From an uncultured bacterium (lineage in GTDB: Bacteria; Oederibacteriota; PGYV01; CAWJRG01): a stretch of 64,000 bases of DNA. Below are positions 21,175-31,956 of this stretch, piece by piece (within the stretch, counting starts at the first letter, position 1; each line of letters opens with the position of its first letter). The notes below the pieces were generated by a model, which was not told where the DNA came from, searched no databases, and saw only the letters and a list, made by a program, of their open reading frames with translations. Where the stretch lies: contig CAWJRG010000009.1 in the NCBI GenBank assembly GCA_963845185.1, positions 32,001 through 96,000 of the forward strand, written 5' to 3'. The position numbers were made by a program, and so were the translations under genes.

Positions 21175-24100
21175 ATGCGTTCTATTGTAAAAACTATTTT
21201 TATTTTAATAAGTTTAGTATTTTTGATAATAGGCCAGATGCTGATTCTTAATGCACATAATTATAAGGGCGCTATTATATTATCCTCTTTTTTTATATTA
21301 TTTCTTTTTGCCGGCCTGACTGAAATATATTTAATAATATGGAAAAAAACAACTGCAGCGGCACATACGACCGTTGAAATTATCAAGAATTTTAATACCG
21401 CAAGAAAATCTAAAACAAAAGAAATTAAGGGGCAGTCTCAATCCAAAAGCGTAAAAAAAGAAAAACAAATTGAAACAGACCAGTATATCCATTTGAAAAT
21501 AGCAATTCCGAAAGTTATATTTATCATAATAGCAGGATTATTTGCGGTTATAGCACAGGTATTCCTGCTTTCGCAAAATTTCAAAATATTCACAGCCGTA
21601 TTATTTATAGCTTTGTTTTTCTTTGCCATCTTTCTGAAGATGCGAGAAAAAAAGGAAATTTACAAACTGAAATTAAGAAAAGGTTTATTTTTAGCGGCAC
21701 TGATTTCAGGTATTTTATTAATAATAGGCGGATGGATACTTCTTGTAAATTATAAAGTTATAATCCAAGAATGGGGAGTATTTTTGACCTTAATCGGAGT
21801 TTTATTTGTCTTTTTTGGGCTGCCGGAAAATGAAGAGGTTGATTATCTTAAGGAAACCGAAAGCGTAATACTGTTTGAAGAATATAAAATTTTAAATAAT
21901 TATATAGTAAAGGCCGCTTTGATACTGGCTGCTTTTATACTCGTTAAAATAGGCGACAGACTATTACACTCGCAGAATTTAAACATGATCGCATGGTGTT
22001 TATATCTGGCCGGATGGATCTGTGTATTTTTTGCCTTACCGCTTATTAATTTCAAGGAAAAATATTACGACAATAAGATCCTCAATATAATTAAACTGGC
22101 AGCGGTATTGATTGCTGTTTATATCGCCTATATGGCCCAGAAAAGTTTTGTAAGCAATAATGTTGTTCACGCGGTGCACTTATATTTCATCTCGGCTTTT
22201 ATATTTATTTTTGCAGTACCTACATATTCCAAGGAAGAAGAGGAAGATATAAAAATACCAAAATATTTTGAAGTAATTTATTTAATGGCGGTAACTGGAG
22301 CCGGTGTTTTCCTGCGGCTTTACGAGCTCAGTATAAGACCGTTTGGGGTCGAAAACGACGAAGCCGGCGGGTTTTTAGGGCATCTAATTGATGTTATGCA
22401 AGGAAAAATAGAATATAACGTGGGTAACAACGGAATACAATATAACGTAATGAACTTATTTGTGCATATATTCGGGGCTAACAGGATAGGAATGAAGATG
22501 CTTGGGGTTGCCGTCGGCCTGCTTGCAATACCGGCCGTATATTTCTTTATAAAAAAAGCCATTAATACAAAGGCTGCAATGTTTGTTACGGGTGTCTATA
22601 CAACGCTTAGAATAATACTTCATTACAGCAGGTCGGGTCACGGGACATTGTTGACGACGCTTGCTATCCCCGCGGCGCTTTTTTTTCTGTTAAATGCAAT
22701 GAAGAAAAAAGACAAAACAAATTATTTTCTTTCGGGTTTTTGCATGGGCCTTGGCTGGCATTCGCTTATGACTGTGTGGCTAATATCGCTTGTGCCGTTT
22801 ATATACTGGATAATAAAATCATTCACAACAAAAGCTTATTTTAAAAGAAACCTGATAGGTATTTTATCCTTTTGCCTCGGATTTTGGTTTTTTACTTCAA
22901 TGATGATACATAACTATTTTCTTTCAACGAATATGTATTTTTCGCGCATACATGAGGTGTCGGTATTCAGCAACGATTACAATGCCCCAAATAAAAATAT
23001 CGGGGCTGGCATAATGGATAATACAAAAAGAGTCCTGCTGATGTTTAATTATCAGGGGGATGCAAGGGAAAGGAATTCGGGAGGCAGGCCGTTTGACCCT
23101 ACTATTGATTTTTTCAGCGCTATGTTTTTTATGATAGGACTTATTTATTGCTCGTATTACGCCAGACATTATTTGTTTTTTATATTCATTTTGATATTTT
23201 ATTCCCAGGCAGCTGGTTCTATTTTTTCAGTCGAGGCGCCGAGCGCTATGAGGGCTTTCGGGACAATAATTTCGGTGCTTTTTTTCATCGGCATCATATT
23301 TGACCGTATCTGGGCGGCATTCTCAAGGGTTTTGAATAAACCGTTGAGGGCAGCCATTTTCCCAATAATGCTTTTTATACCCTTGTTTTTTATTGCAAAA
23401 GAAAATTATAACCAGTATTTTAACAGGTGGATAGGAGGGCTTGACGAACTTTCAACTGCGGCAGGCATGTATTCCCAGGAACTGGGGAAATCCTACAGAG
23501 TTTTTTTGGCCACGAGCCAATATTACCCGGGTCATCCGCCATATAAATTTTTCAGGGATTATAAAGTAAACCATTCCCCCGACGGGCTTGATATAATAAG
23601 GGATATGTCCCTTATAAACGACGAGAATTACGCAGTATTATTCCACTCCGACTTGTGGAATGTGCTGCCTTACTGGAAAAACAAATTTCCAAATGCAAAA
23701 ACCGAAAGCATAACGCACAGGCATTTTTTTAATAAAATGAAAAGCGATTCAGAGGGCTTTGGAAAATTTTTTGACTCATTTATTATAAGCAACGCAGAAA
23801 TACAAGCAATCAGGGGATTGCGCGGCACATATGCATATAAAAACGGGAAAACCGAAATAATAAACAATGACTCTCTTGAATTTGGAAAAGATAAGGCTGA
23901 TAATACGCCATACCGCGTGAAGTGGGAAGGCGATGTTTTTATACCGCTTTATGGAGACAGCTCTTTTCTCGCTATTGGCCATTCAGATGCAAAGCTGTTT
24001 ATTGACAATAAAAAAATCGATCTTGGCAAAACTTATAAATTCTCAAAAGGATTGCACAAAATAAAAGTCGAGGCCACAAGAGAATCAGCAAATGATACTT

Positions 24101-24630
24101 TCGGGCTTTCCTTGAATGTAAAAAGGCTGGAAGGATCCAGGGTCACAGGCGAAGAAAATTATAATATTACGAAAAGTTACCTTTACGAAAATTTTCTTGA
24201 CGGGCTGCACGGTTATTATTATACCGGCAAGCAATGGGATAAAGCGCCTATTGTAAGGGAAGAAAATAATCCTTATTTATGGTTTACCAGTTTTCTTTTG
24301 GAATATTTTCCTTCTTCAAAATGGCAGGGTACGCTAAAAATAAAAAAGGACGGACAGTATAAAATAACAGCTTCAAATAACGGTTATTTGAGAATAGTCA
24401 TAGATAAAAAATTTTATTGGGATTCGGGCGACGATAACGATGCCAAGGATTATTTTAAGGATAAAAACATGCAGAAGACGACCTTTTTTAATCTTAAAAA
24501 AGGAAAACATTTTATTCAAATATACTCAGTAAATGCCAGCATAATACAAATTTCATGGGACGAAGGCGAAAATGTTTCAACGCCGCTTGGCGGAGATATG
24601 CTTGAACCGGATTATTTAATTTCCGAATAG
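21175..24630 (+). CDS. Large GT-C glycosyltransferase with PA14-like domains (paralogue A)
   Basis: LRLYEL..RPFGVENDE, HYSRSGH, multi-TM; GLHGYYY..SSKWQGTLKIKKDGQY..KGKHFIQI. Confidence 0.8.
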   Translation: MRSIVKTIFILISLVFLIIGQMLILNAHNYKGAIILSSFFILFLFAGLTEIYLIIWKKTTAAAHTTVEIIKNFNTARKSKTKEIKGQSQSKSVKKEKQIETDQYIHLKIAIPKVIFIIIAGLFAVIAQVFLLSQNFKIFTAVLFIALFFFAIFLKMREKKEIYKLKLRKGLFLAALISGILLIIGGWILLVNYKVIIQEWGVFLTLIGVLFVFFGLPENEEVDYLKETESVILFEEYKILNNYIVKAALILAAFILVKIGDRLLHSQNLNMIAWCLYLAGWICVFFALPLINFKEKYYDNKILNIIKLAAVLIAVYIAYMAQKSFVSNNVVHAVHLYFISAFIFIFAVPTYSKEEEEDIKIPKYFEVIYLMAVTGAGVFLRLYELSIRPFGVENDEAGGFLGHLIDVMQGKIEYNVGNNGIQYNVMNLFVHIFGANRIGMKMLGVAVGLLAIPAVYFFIKKAINTKAAMFVTGVYTTLRIILHYSRSGHGTLLTTLAIPAALFFLLNAMKKKDKTNYFLSGFCMGLGWHSLMTVWLISLVPFIYWIIKSFTTKAYFKRNLIGILSFCLGFWFFTSMMIHNYFLSTNMYFSRIHEVSVFSNDYNAPNKNIGAGIMDNTKRVLLMFNYQGDARERNSGGRPFDPTIDFFSAMFFMIGLIYCSYYARHYLFFIFILIFYSQAAGSIFSVEAPSAMRAFGTIISVLFFIGIIFDRIWAAFSRVLNKPLRAAIFPIMLFIPLFFIAKENYNQYFNRWIGGLDELSTAAGMYSQELGKSYRVFLATSQYYPGHPPYKFFRDYKVNHSPDGLDIIRDMSLINDENYAVLFHSDLWNVLPYWKNKFPNAKTESITHRHFFNKMKSDSEGFGKFFDSFIISNAEIQAIRGLRGTYAYKNGKTEIINNDSLEFGKDKADNTPYRVKWEGDVFIPLYGDSSFLAIGHSDAKLFIDNKKIDLGKTYKFSKGLHKIKVEATRESANDTFGLSLNVKRLEGSRVTGEENYNITKSYLYENFLDGLHGYYYTGKQWDKAPIVREENNPYLWFTSFLLEYFPSSKWQGTLKIKKDGQYKITASNNGYLRIVIDKKFYWDSGDDNDAKDYFKDKNMQKTTFFNLKKGKHFIQIYSVNASIIQISWDEGENVSTPLGGDMLEPDYLISE

Positions 24631-24690
24631 GGGCGATATATGGGAGAATCAGATATTTATTTTCAAAATTTTTAATACCGATAAAAACAG

Positions 24691-24719
24691 TTGTTAGACA
24701 TTAAAATAACTGATATAAT
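24691..24719 (+). promoter_or_regulatory. sigma70-type promoter of NHL/GT-C module 2
   Basis: TTGTTA-N17-TATAAT with extended TG; similar flanks to 20095-20130. Confidence 0.55.
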
Positions 24720-24746
24720 TAAAAAAATATTAAACGGAGGCAAAAA

Positions 24747-25721
24747 ATGGCAAAAAGAAAAATTGCAAGAAAGGCATCATTGAGAAAAGGCGAAATATCA
24801 AATGTTGAAGTCAAGAAAAAATCCTCAGTTAATAATGCATTTGTCCCGATAGTTGCCGCAGTAATAGTAATAGCGATAATAGTTTTAGAAATGATGGTCT
24901 CGATAAACAAAGAAAAACAAATGACTAAGAAACCTGAAATTGTAAAATATTGGACCGGCGTATATAAAGGGCCGTGGGGGATGATGATGTACGGCGACAA
25001 TTTTTATATAGCCGATCACGATCAGAGCCAGATGCAAAAATATAACAAGATGACAGGCGAATTGATTACTGCTTATACAATAGGGACCAATATAGAGCCA
25101 ATATGGGCGGCAGAGTCAAAAGCAGGGGACACTTACATAATAACCAGGAATTCAGGGATACTTTACAGATTTGCAGGGCAGAAAAAAATTGCGGAAATGA
25201 AGCTTGATGGCGTCAACAATCCTGTCAATATGGCAATAAACAGCAAGGATGTTTTATATATTTCCGAAGGGTCGACGGCCAAGGTTATAAAATTTGATTT
25301 AAATGGAGCTAAACATGGCGAATTCGGCGGCATAGGAGGAGGCAGCAGCCAGTTTAAGCAATCGATAGGTAGGCTTTTTATAGATTCGAAAGACAACATA
25401 CTGGTAATTGAACCGAGCGACATGATGGTAAAAGTTTTCAATTCAAAAGACCAATTTCTCAGGCAATGGAAAATAACAGTCCAAAAACCTTTTGGATTTG
25501 AGGGCCTTGCCACAACACCGGATGGCGATGTTTATGTGAATGATTATAACGGGTCCCAAATTCTTGTATATAACGAGCAAGGCAAACAAATAGGCAAATT
25601 CGACAGGGATTTGACGGGCAATTTTGTTATTTCATACCCGGCCTCAATATGCGGTGGCAATGACGGCTATGTTTATGTTTGCACTCATCATATAGCAATT
25701 TTCAAAGCTATTAAGTATTAA
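24747..25721 (+). CDS. Membrane-anchored NHL-repeat beta-propeller protein (copy 2)
   Basis: Clear paralogue of 20170..21138 (IGKFDRDLTGNF, GGNDG..YVCTH.I..FK.IKY). Confidence 0.8.
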   Translation: MAKRKIARKASLRKGEISNVEVKKKSSVNNAFVPIVAAVIVIAIIVLEMMVSINKEKQMTKKPEIVKYWTGVYKGPWGMMMYGDNFYIADHDQSQMQKYNKMTGELITAYTIGTNIEPIWAAESKAGDTYIITRNSGILYRFAGQKKIAEMKLDGVNNPVNMAINSKDVLYISEGSTAKVIKFDLNGAKHGEFGGIGGGSSQFKQSIGRLFIDSKDNILVIEPSDMMVKVFNSKDQFLRQWKITVQKPFGFEGLATTPDGDVYVNDYNGSQILVYNEQGKQIGKFDRDLTGNFVISYPASICGGNDGYVYVCTHHIAIFKAIKY

Positions 25722-25749
25722 TTAACAGATAAGCAAGAAAATTATTGGG

Positions 25750-28700
25750 ATGAACACAAAATATACACAGGCCATAGTAAAGTATTTTTTGATAATAATA
25801 AGCGTTGGTTTAATTATAACGGGACAAATACTTATTTTGGGGGGGAATAATTTTATCTGGGGTTTAATATTTTCCGGCTTTGCGATTATTTTATTTTTTT
25901 CCGCGATCAATTCTCGCTATTTACAAATACAGCCGGCCGTAAACAAGATAATTAATATAATAGCATCCATAATTAAGCAAATTATCAAAATAGAGGGAAT
26001 ACCGGAACGGGAAAAAAGCCAGCAAAAGCAAATATTAAAAAAGCAGGAAATTTTAAAACCTGTTGCGGAAAAAACAAGAATTCAGCCTTCCGTTGAAGAA
26101 AAGCAGAAACAAATTCCCGAAGAAATAAGTATTATAATCCCAAAGATTTTGTTTTTTATACTCGCCTTGCTGCTTGCCGCAGTTTCTCAGGTCTTTCTGC
26201 TGATGCATTCAATAAAAATGCTTATTTTTTTACTGATGATGGCGGTAATTAGTTTTTTTATTTTTTTTGGAATAAAAGGCACGAAAATAAACATAAGATT
26301 AACAGTTAAAGATATTTTAATATTTGCCCTTCGCCTTGCGGGAATTGCCTTAATTACAATAGGTTGGATTTTTTTAATAAAAAGCAGTGTAGTCACCCAG
26401 GAATGGGGAGTTGCTTTTACGGTGTCGGGGGTATTACTTTTGTTCATATTGCTCCCGGAAAATACAGATAAGGGCAACGGAAAAATAGATGAATTCCTTT
26501 TTTCAGCATACGATGAATCCGGGAAAGGATTGAAACACTCGCTGCTTGACTCGCCGGTATTTAAAACAATTCTTTTAATAGCAGCTTTTATACTTTTTAA
26601 AGCAGGCAGCGAATTAATCGCTGGGCCAAAGGGCTTTATAGGCCTTGGCCTTTATTTTTTGGCATTAATTTGCGTTTTTTTTATATTGCCGCTTTTCGGG
26701 TTTCCAGGGAAATATTTTAATAATAAATATGTAAATATATTGAAACTTATACTTGTGCTGACCGCGCTTTTCATTGCATACAAAGCGCAATGTTTATTTG
26801 TTGCCAACAGCCCTGATAAGGCAATATTCTGGTATTTTGCAGCGGCTTTAATATTTATTTTTGCATTTCCCGTCCATGTTTTTAAGGATGAAAATTATTC
26901 AGAAGAAGAAAAATTTCCAATCAAGATAGAAATTATATACCTCACTGTAGCGATACTGTTGGGCATATTTTTAATGACATACGAGCTTGATCTAAGGCCT
27001 TTCGGTCTTGAAAATGACGAAACGGGCGGTTTTATTGGGCATCTACTGGATAAAATTCACGGCAGGGCATCTTTCAACGTTGGAAATTACGGAATCTTGT
27101 ACAACTTGACGAACCTGATAGTGGCCATAATTGGCGTAAGCAGAATATCAATGAAGCTGCTCGGCGTTATACTTGGCATAATAGCGATACCGGCTATTTA
27201 CTTTTTTGTAAGAAAAGTAATAAGCACAAGGGCCGCGATGTTTATAACCGCCATTTTTATTTTTTTAAGGATAATACTTCATTACGAACGTTCGGGGCAC
27301 GGCACAATTTTGGCGACGATAGCAATACCGGCCGCCATATATTTTATGGTAAAAGCAATAGAGAAAAGGGATAAAGTAAGCTATTTCCTCGCGGGACTTG
27401 CAATCAGCCTTGGATGGCATTCGCTGATGACTGTTTTTCTTATAACCGTAATGCCGATTTTGTATTTTGCAATAAAAATAGCAACAGTGAAAGGGTTTTT
27501 AAGGAAAAATTATATCGGTTTGATCGCGTTTTTTCTGGGTTTCTGGATTTTTGCGTCCATGGACATGCACAATTATTTTATTTCCAACAGGATTTATTTC
27601 GCGAGAATAAATGAAGTATCTGTTTTTAGCAAGGACCCCAATGCCCCTAAAAATCCCGCGCAGGGCATATTAAACAATACCAAATCAGTGCTGCTTATGT
27701 TTAACCACATGGGCGATTTCAGGGAGAGAAATTCAGGAGGCAGAAATTACGAACCTACGATTGATTTTACAAGCGCGATGTTTTTTGCCCTGGGATTCAT
27801 TTATTGCCTGTACTACAGCAGGTACTCGCTGTATTTTATTGTTTTACTGATATTTTTTTCCCAGGCTGCAGGCTCGATATTTTCCATAGAAGCACCGAGC
27901 GCAATGAGGGCATTCGGCACAATCATACCTGTCTTTTTCTTTATCGGCATAATATTTGAAAAAATCCGGATTGCCTTTAAAGGAGTTTTTGGGAAAAAAT
28001 GGGAAATAGTATATCTTCCGATCATCTTAATTTTGCCGCTTTTTTTCATAGTAAAAGCCAATTATTACCAGTATTTCCAGAGATGGATAGGCGGCCTTGA
28101 CGAACTGGCAACAGCTGGCGGGATGTATTCTGAAAAAATAGGGAAGTCGTACAGAATATTTTTACACACTTCGCTTTATTATCCGGGGCATCCGCCTTAT
28201 AGATTTTACAGATGGGATTATAAAGTTAACAGCTCAAACCGCGTGCTTGACGGTCTTGAAAACCTGTCAATAATAACAGATGAAAATTATGCGGTTTTGC
28301 TGCAACCTGACACATGGGATGCCCTGCCTTACTGGCTGAAAAAATTTCCAGCCGCAAAACATGAAATTATTACACAGTCATATTTCAACAAAAAACTTAA
28401 AGGTAACGAAGGTTTTGGGAAATTTTTTGATTCGATACTCATAAGTAACAAGGAGATACAATCCATAAAAGGGCTCAAGGGCGAATATTATTACAGCGAC
28501 GGCCTGAAAAAAATAATAAATAATGATATTCCCGAGTTTACTGCCGACGACGCGGATAAAACGCCCTACAGAGTTGTGTGGAGCGGCGAGTTGCTGGTGC
28601 CTTATTACAGTTTGATTATGTTTGATAACAGGGGGACGGCTCCTGCCGAAATTTTTGTTGACAATCATAAAATAGACATGGGTAAAAACATTAAACTTGC

Positions 28701-29310
28701 AGCAGGTTTTCATAAATTTAAAATAGAAGCCCGAAGAAGGACGCGCGAAGACAGCATTATATTAAATCCCTTAATTTCCAGGGTAACGGGTTCAAAAGTC
28801 GGTACAGGAAGCTTTAAAATGAATAAAGATTCTTTATATTCATTCGGGATTGAAGGCCTGCACGAGTATTATTATTACAAGACCGGCATGTGGAATAAAA
28901 ATAATATCGCCGACGAGGAAATAACCCCATATATTTGGTTCAGCAACCTGAGCTGCGACCCGTACCCGGCCTTTAAATGGCAGGGGAAAATAAATATTGA
29001 AAAAGATGGTTCCTATAAAATATTTACACAAAGCAACGGTTATGTAAGGATAGAAATAGAAAAAAAGCAGTACTGGGATACGGGGGTGCCTGGAGATTAC
29101 GAGGCAAAGATCAACGATTTTTTTAAAAACGACAAAGCCATGAAAGTTAACAAGTTTAATTTAAGCAAAGGCGAACATAACATAGAAATATACTCGTATA
29201 CTTCAGGAATGATAAATTTGTTGTGGGATGAGGGGAATCAAAGCAACAGCGGCGTGTTCCTGCCGCCGGATATTTTAGAACCCGACTATCAAATAACTGA
29301 TTATAAATGA
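25750..29310 (+). CDS. Large GT-C glycosyltransferase with PA14-like domains (paralogue B)
   Basis: RPFGLENDE, RERNSGG, EAPSAMRAFG, YYPGHPPY shared with paralogue A. Confidence 0.8.
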   Translation: MNTKYTQAIVKYFLIIISVGLIITGQILILGGNNFIWGLIFSGFAIILFFSAINSRYLQIQPAVNKIINIIASIIKQIIKIEGIPEREKSQQKQILKKQEILKPVAEKTRIQPSVEEKQKQIPEEISIIIPKILFFILALLLAAVSQVFLLMHSIKMLIFLLMMAVISFFIFFGIKGTKINIRLTVKDILIFALRLAGIALITIGWIFLIKSSVVTQEWGVAFTVSGVLLLFILLPENTDKGNGKIDEFLFSAYDESGKGLKHSLLDSPVFKTILLIAAFILFKAGSELIAGPKGFIGLGLYFLALICVFFILPLFGFPGKYFNNKYVNILKLILVLTALFIAYKAQCLFVANSPDKAIFWYFAAALIFIFAFPVHVFKDENYSEEEKFPIKIEIIYLTVAILLGIFLMTYELDLRPFGLENDETGGFIGHLLDKIHGRASFNVGNYGILYNLTNLIVAIIGVSRISMKLLGVILGIIAIPAIYFFVRKVISTRAAMFITAIFIFLRIILHYERSGHGTILATIAIPAAIYFMVKAIEKRDKVSYFLAGLAISLGWHSLMTVFLITVMPILYFAIKIATVKGFLRKNYIGLIAFFLGFWIFASMDMHNYFISNRIYFARINEVSVFSKDPNAPKNPAQGILNNTKSVLLMFNHMGDFRERNSGGRNYEPTIDFTSAMFFALGFIYCLYYSRYSLYFIVLLIFFSQAAGSIFSIEAPSAMRAFGTIIPVFFFIGIIFEKIRIAFKGVFGKKWEIVYLPIILILPLFFIVKANYYQYFQRWIGGLDELATAGGMYSEKIGKSYRIFLHTSLYYPGHPPYRFYRWDYKVNSSNRVLDGLENLSIITDENYAVLLQPDTWDALPYWLKKFPAAKHEIITQSYFNKKLKGNEGFGKFFDSILISNKEIQSIKGLKGEYYYSDGLKKIINNDIPEFTADDADKTPYRVVWSGELLVPYYSLIMFDNRGTAPAEIFVDNHKIDMGKNIKLAAGFHKFKIEARRRTREDSIILNPLISRVTGSKVGTGSFKMNKDSLYSFGIEGLHEYYYYKTGMWNKNNIADEEITPYIWFSNLSCDPYPAFKWQGKINIEKDGSYKIFTQSNGYVRIEIEKKQYWDTGVPGDYEAKINDFFKNDKAMKVNKFNLSKGEHNIEIYSYTSGMINLLWDEGNQSNSGVFLPPDILEPDYQITDYK

Positions 29311-29385
29311 CGGGGATGCGGAATTAATGGATTGATAATCGAGAGTGCAATGGAGTACGGCAAAAAATAAAAAGGAGATATTTAA

Positions 29386-30330
29386 TTGCCAAAACTTCTT
29401 TCAATCGTAATTACAACCTGCAATCGTTACGGAGACTTAATGGAATGCCTTGATTCGGTATTTAAGTCTGATTATGAAAACTATGAAATAATAGTAATTG
29501 ATGATGCTTCTACAGATAATACAAAAGACCTGACTGAAATAGTAATCAAGGCAAAATTCGGCATACACGAAAACCACGTTTCTGTAATTCACAACCCCGG
29601 CAATTTTAAAATGGTAAAATCGCGCAACATAGGCGCAAAAACCGCAAAAGGCAGATATGTATTGTTTATTGACGATGATAATATATTCAGCAATGATATG
29701 ATAAGCCTGCTTGTTAATTTTGCAGATAAGCATCCTGAATTCGGAATAATAGGGCCGAGCATGTATTATAAAAATGGCGAAAAGTTATACATGAACTACC
29801 AAAAAATAAATTTTTTTACCGGGAAAACTTGGGGGATTAAGGCAGAAGAATCGTCAAAAGAGTATTTCGAGACCGACGGCGTGCCGAACGTATTCCTCAT
29901 AAGAAAAGAAGTATTTGAGCAGGCCGGATATTTTGACGAAGCATTAATACAGACTTTTACCGAGCCTGATTTTGCTTTTAATGCCCTGAAATTCGGCTTT
30001 AAGAGCTGCATGGTGAAAAAGGCAAAAGTACTTCATAAAATCGAAGAAAAAGACAATCTAAGCCCCAGGGGGCTTGGCGGACAGTTTATACAAAAAGCGT
30101 ATTGCCTTATGAGAAACAGGACGGTGATAATCGCGCGGTACGCTAATCCGGTTCAGAAAACTATTTATTTTCTGTTTTTTTCATGGGCTTGGCCTTTGCT
30201 TTATTCCGGTTTAATGATAAAATCTAAAAGGGCAGATCTTATTAAACTTTACTGGGCAGGCTTTAGGGATGGAATAGGATATTTATTTACGGGAAAATTA
30301 AAAAACAGCCTGCCGGAACTTATGAAATGA
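29386..30330 (+). CDS. GT2 glycosyltransferase (copy 1)
   Basis: SIVITT, VIDDASTD, SRNIGA, FIDDD; AGGAGA + TTG start. Confidence 0.88.
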   Translation: MPKLLSIVITTCNRYGDLMECLDSVFKSDYENYEIIVIDDASTDNTKDLTEIVIKAKFGIHENHVSVIHNPGNFKMVKSRNIGAKTAKGRYVLFIDDDNIFSNDMISLLVNFADKHPEFGIIGPSMYYKNGEKLYMNYQKINFFTGKTWGIKAEESSKEYFETDGVPNVFLIRKEVFEQAGYFDEALIQTFTEPDFAFNALKFGFKSCMVKKAKVLHKIEEKDNLSPRGLGGQFIQKAYCLMRNRTVIIARYANPVQKTIYFLFFSWAWPLLYSGLMIKSKRADLIKLYWAGFRDGIGYLFTGKLKNSLPELMK

Positions 30331-30437
30331 AATAATCACTTTCTTTGATTTAAAAATTATTTGTAGAAAATTAGTATTGAGAAGGTTTGCAAGAAGCATT
30401 TATATTGCGCGGGGCGGAGGAGTTTGTAAAAGAATAA

Positions 30438-31925
30438 ATGGCTAAAATCACTTTTATATATCCTGATTTTGAGAGCTTGGGCGTTGAATACCTGATGGCA
30501 TCCTGTTTAAAAAACGGCCATGAGGCGGATTATGTTTTTTATCATGCCGAGGACATGTACGCGGGCGAAAAAGACAGGGTTGTCAATTTTTTAAGTGTAG
30601 CAAAAAAGATAGCCGGTACAAACCCGCATATTGCGGCATTTTCATGCGTGACAGACAATTACCGGTTCCAACTCGGCTGCGCGGAAGCGCTTAAAACAAT
30701 TATGCCTGATATAATAACAGTATTCGGCGGAGTTCATCCTACCATAGTGCCGGAGATTGTTTTAAAAGAAAAAGCAGTTGACTGCATTGCTGTCGGAGAA
30801 GCAGAAAATTCCTTTCAGGATTTTATCAAAAAATGCAGAATCGGCAAAAAAATCACATTACCCAGCCGGCCTGTAAAAGGCATTGTTTTTAAATTAAAAG
30901 GCAACACTGCCGGCGATTTTAAGGAAGGCAGGCTCCCGGACCTGAATAAACTGCCGTTTCCTTATAAAAAGCCGCTTTACACAAGGCTTAAGGCTTTTTC
31001 CCGAGAGTATTATATAATAACAGCCCGAGGCTGCCCCTATAACTGTTCGTATTGTTTTAACTCATATTTGCGGCATTTGCGGGGCGCAGGCATTATCCGG
31101 CAAAGGACGGTTGATAACGTGATTGCCGAGCTTTTACAGGCAAAACGCGAATATGCGCCAAGGCACGTCACTTTTTTGGACGATTGTTTTGCCATTGACG
31201 ATAAATGGCTCAAGGAGTTTTGCCGGCGCTATAAGAATGAAGTCAACCTGCCGTTTGCATGCATCATGATACCGCAGTATTTAAACAAAGAAAAAGTTCA
31301 GGCATTGAGTTCAGCGGGCTGTTATCATGTGCAGATAGGCATTCAATCGCTTAATAACAGGCTCTGCAACAACATCCTGCGGAGAAGGTCTGATAACATA
31401 AAAAGCGGTGAAGCTATACGCATGCTTAGAGACGCCGGGATTATGGTACAGGCCGATCATATGCTTGGCATTCCCAGAGATACACCGGCGATGGAAGAAG
31501 ATGCCGCGCTGTTTTATAATAAATTCCGGCCGAATATAATAAGCACTTTCTGGCTTAAGTATTACCCGAAAACCGGGATTATTGACAGCGCGAAGCAAAA
31601 AGGCATCCTAAACGCACAGGATATAAAAGCCGTAAACGAAGGTAATGCATTAACGAAAGAATCGCTGCATACCGGCGGCAGCATGAAAGACCCGAGCCCA
31701 TATTACGGCATTTACCTTTTATTAAATTATTTACCCTTATTGCCGTCATGGCTTGTGCGTTTTCTAATAAAACAAAAATTGTATAAAAAGCTGGCAATTA
31801 AAAATGCTTTTGTTTCATTTGTCTTACCGCGCTTTCTGCTTGCTGCCTTGCATAGAAAAGATTTTCGTGACAGGGGATATATGTACCGCTATTTAAATAA
31901 AAATTTCCTGCAAAAGGCAAGATAG
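30438..31925 (+). CDS. Cobalamin-binding radical SAM protein
   Basis: ESLGVEYL, VFGGVHPT, VGEAE, RGCPYNCSYC, FLDDCF. Confidence 0.9.
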   Translation: MAKITFIYPDFESLGVEYLMASCLKNGHEADYVFYHAEDMYAGEKDRVVNFLSVAKKIAGTNPHIAAFSCVTDNYRFQLGCAEALKTIMPDIITVFGGVHPTIVPEIVLKEKAVDCIAVGEAENSFQDFIKKCRIGKKITLPSRPVKGIVFKLKGNTAGDFKEGRLPDLNKLPFPYKKPLYTRLKAFSREYYIITARGCPYNCSYCFNSYLRHLRGAGIIRQRTVDNVIAELLQAKREYAPRHVTFLDDCFAIDDKWLKEFCRRYKNEVNLPFACIMIPQYLNKEKVQALSSAGCYHVQIGIQSLNNRLCNNILRRRSDNIKSGEAIRMLRDAGIMVQADHMLGIPRDTPAMEEDAALFYNKFRPNIISTFWLKYYPKTGIIDSAKQKGILNAQDIKAVNEGNALTKESLHTGGSMKDPSPYYGIYLLLNYLPLLPSWLVRFLIKQKLYKKLAIKNAFVSFVLPRFLLAALHRKDFRDRGYMYRYLNKNFLQKAR

Positions 31926-31956
31926 CGTGTGGAAACTCAAAAAGAGAGATGGTGAA

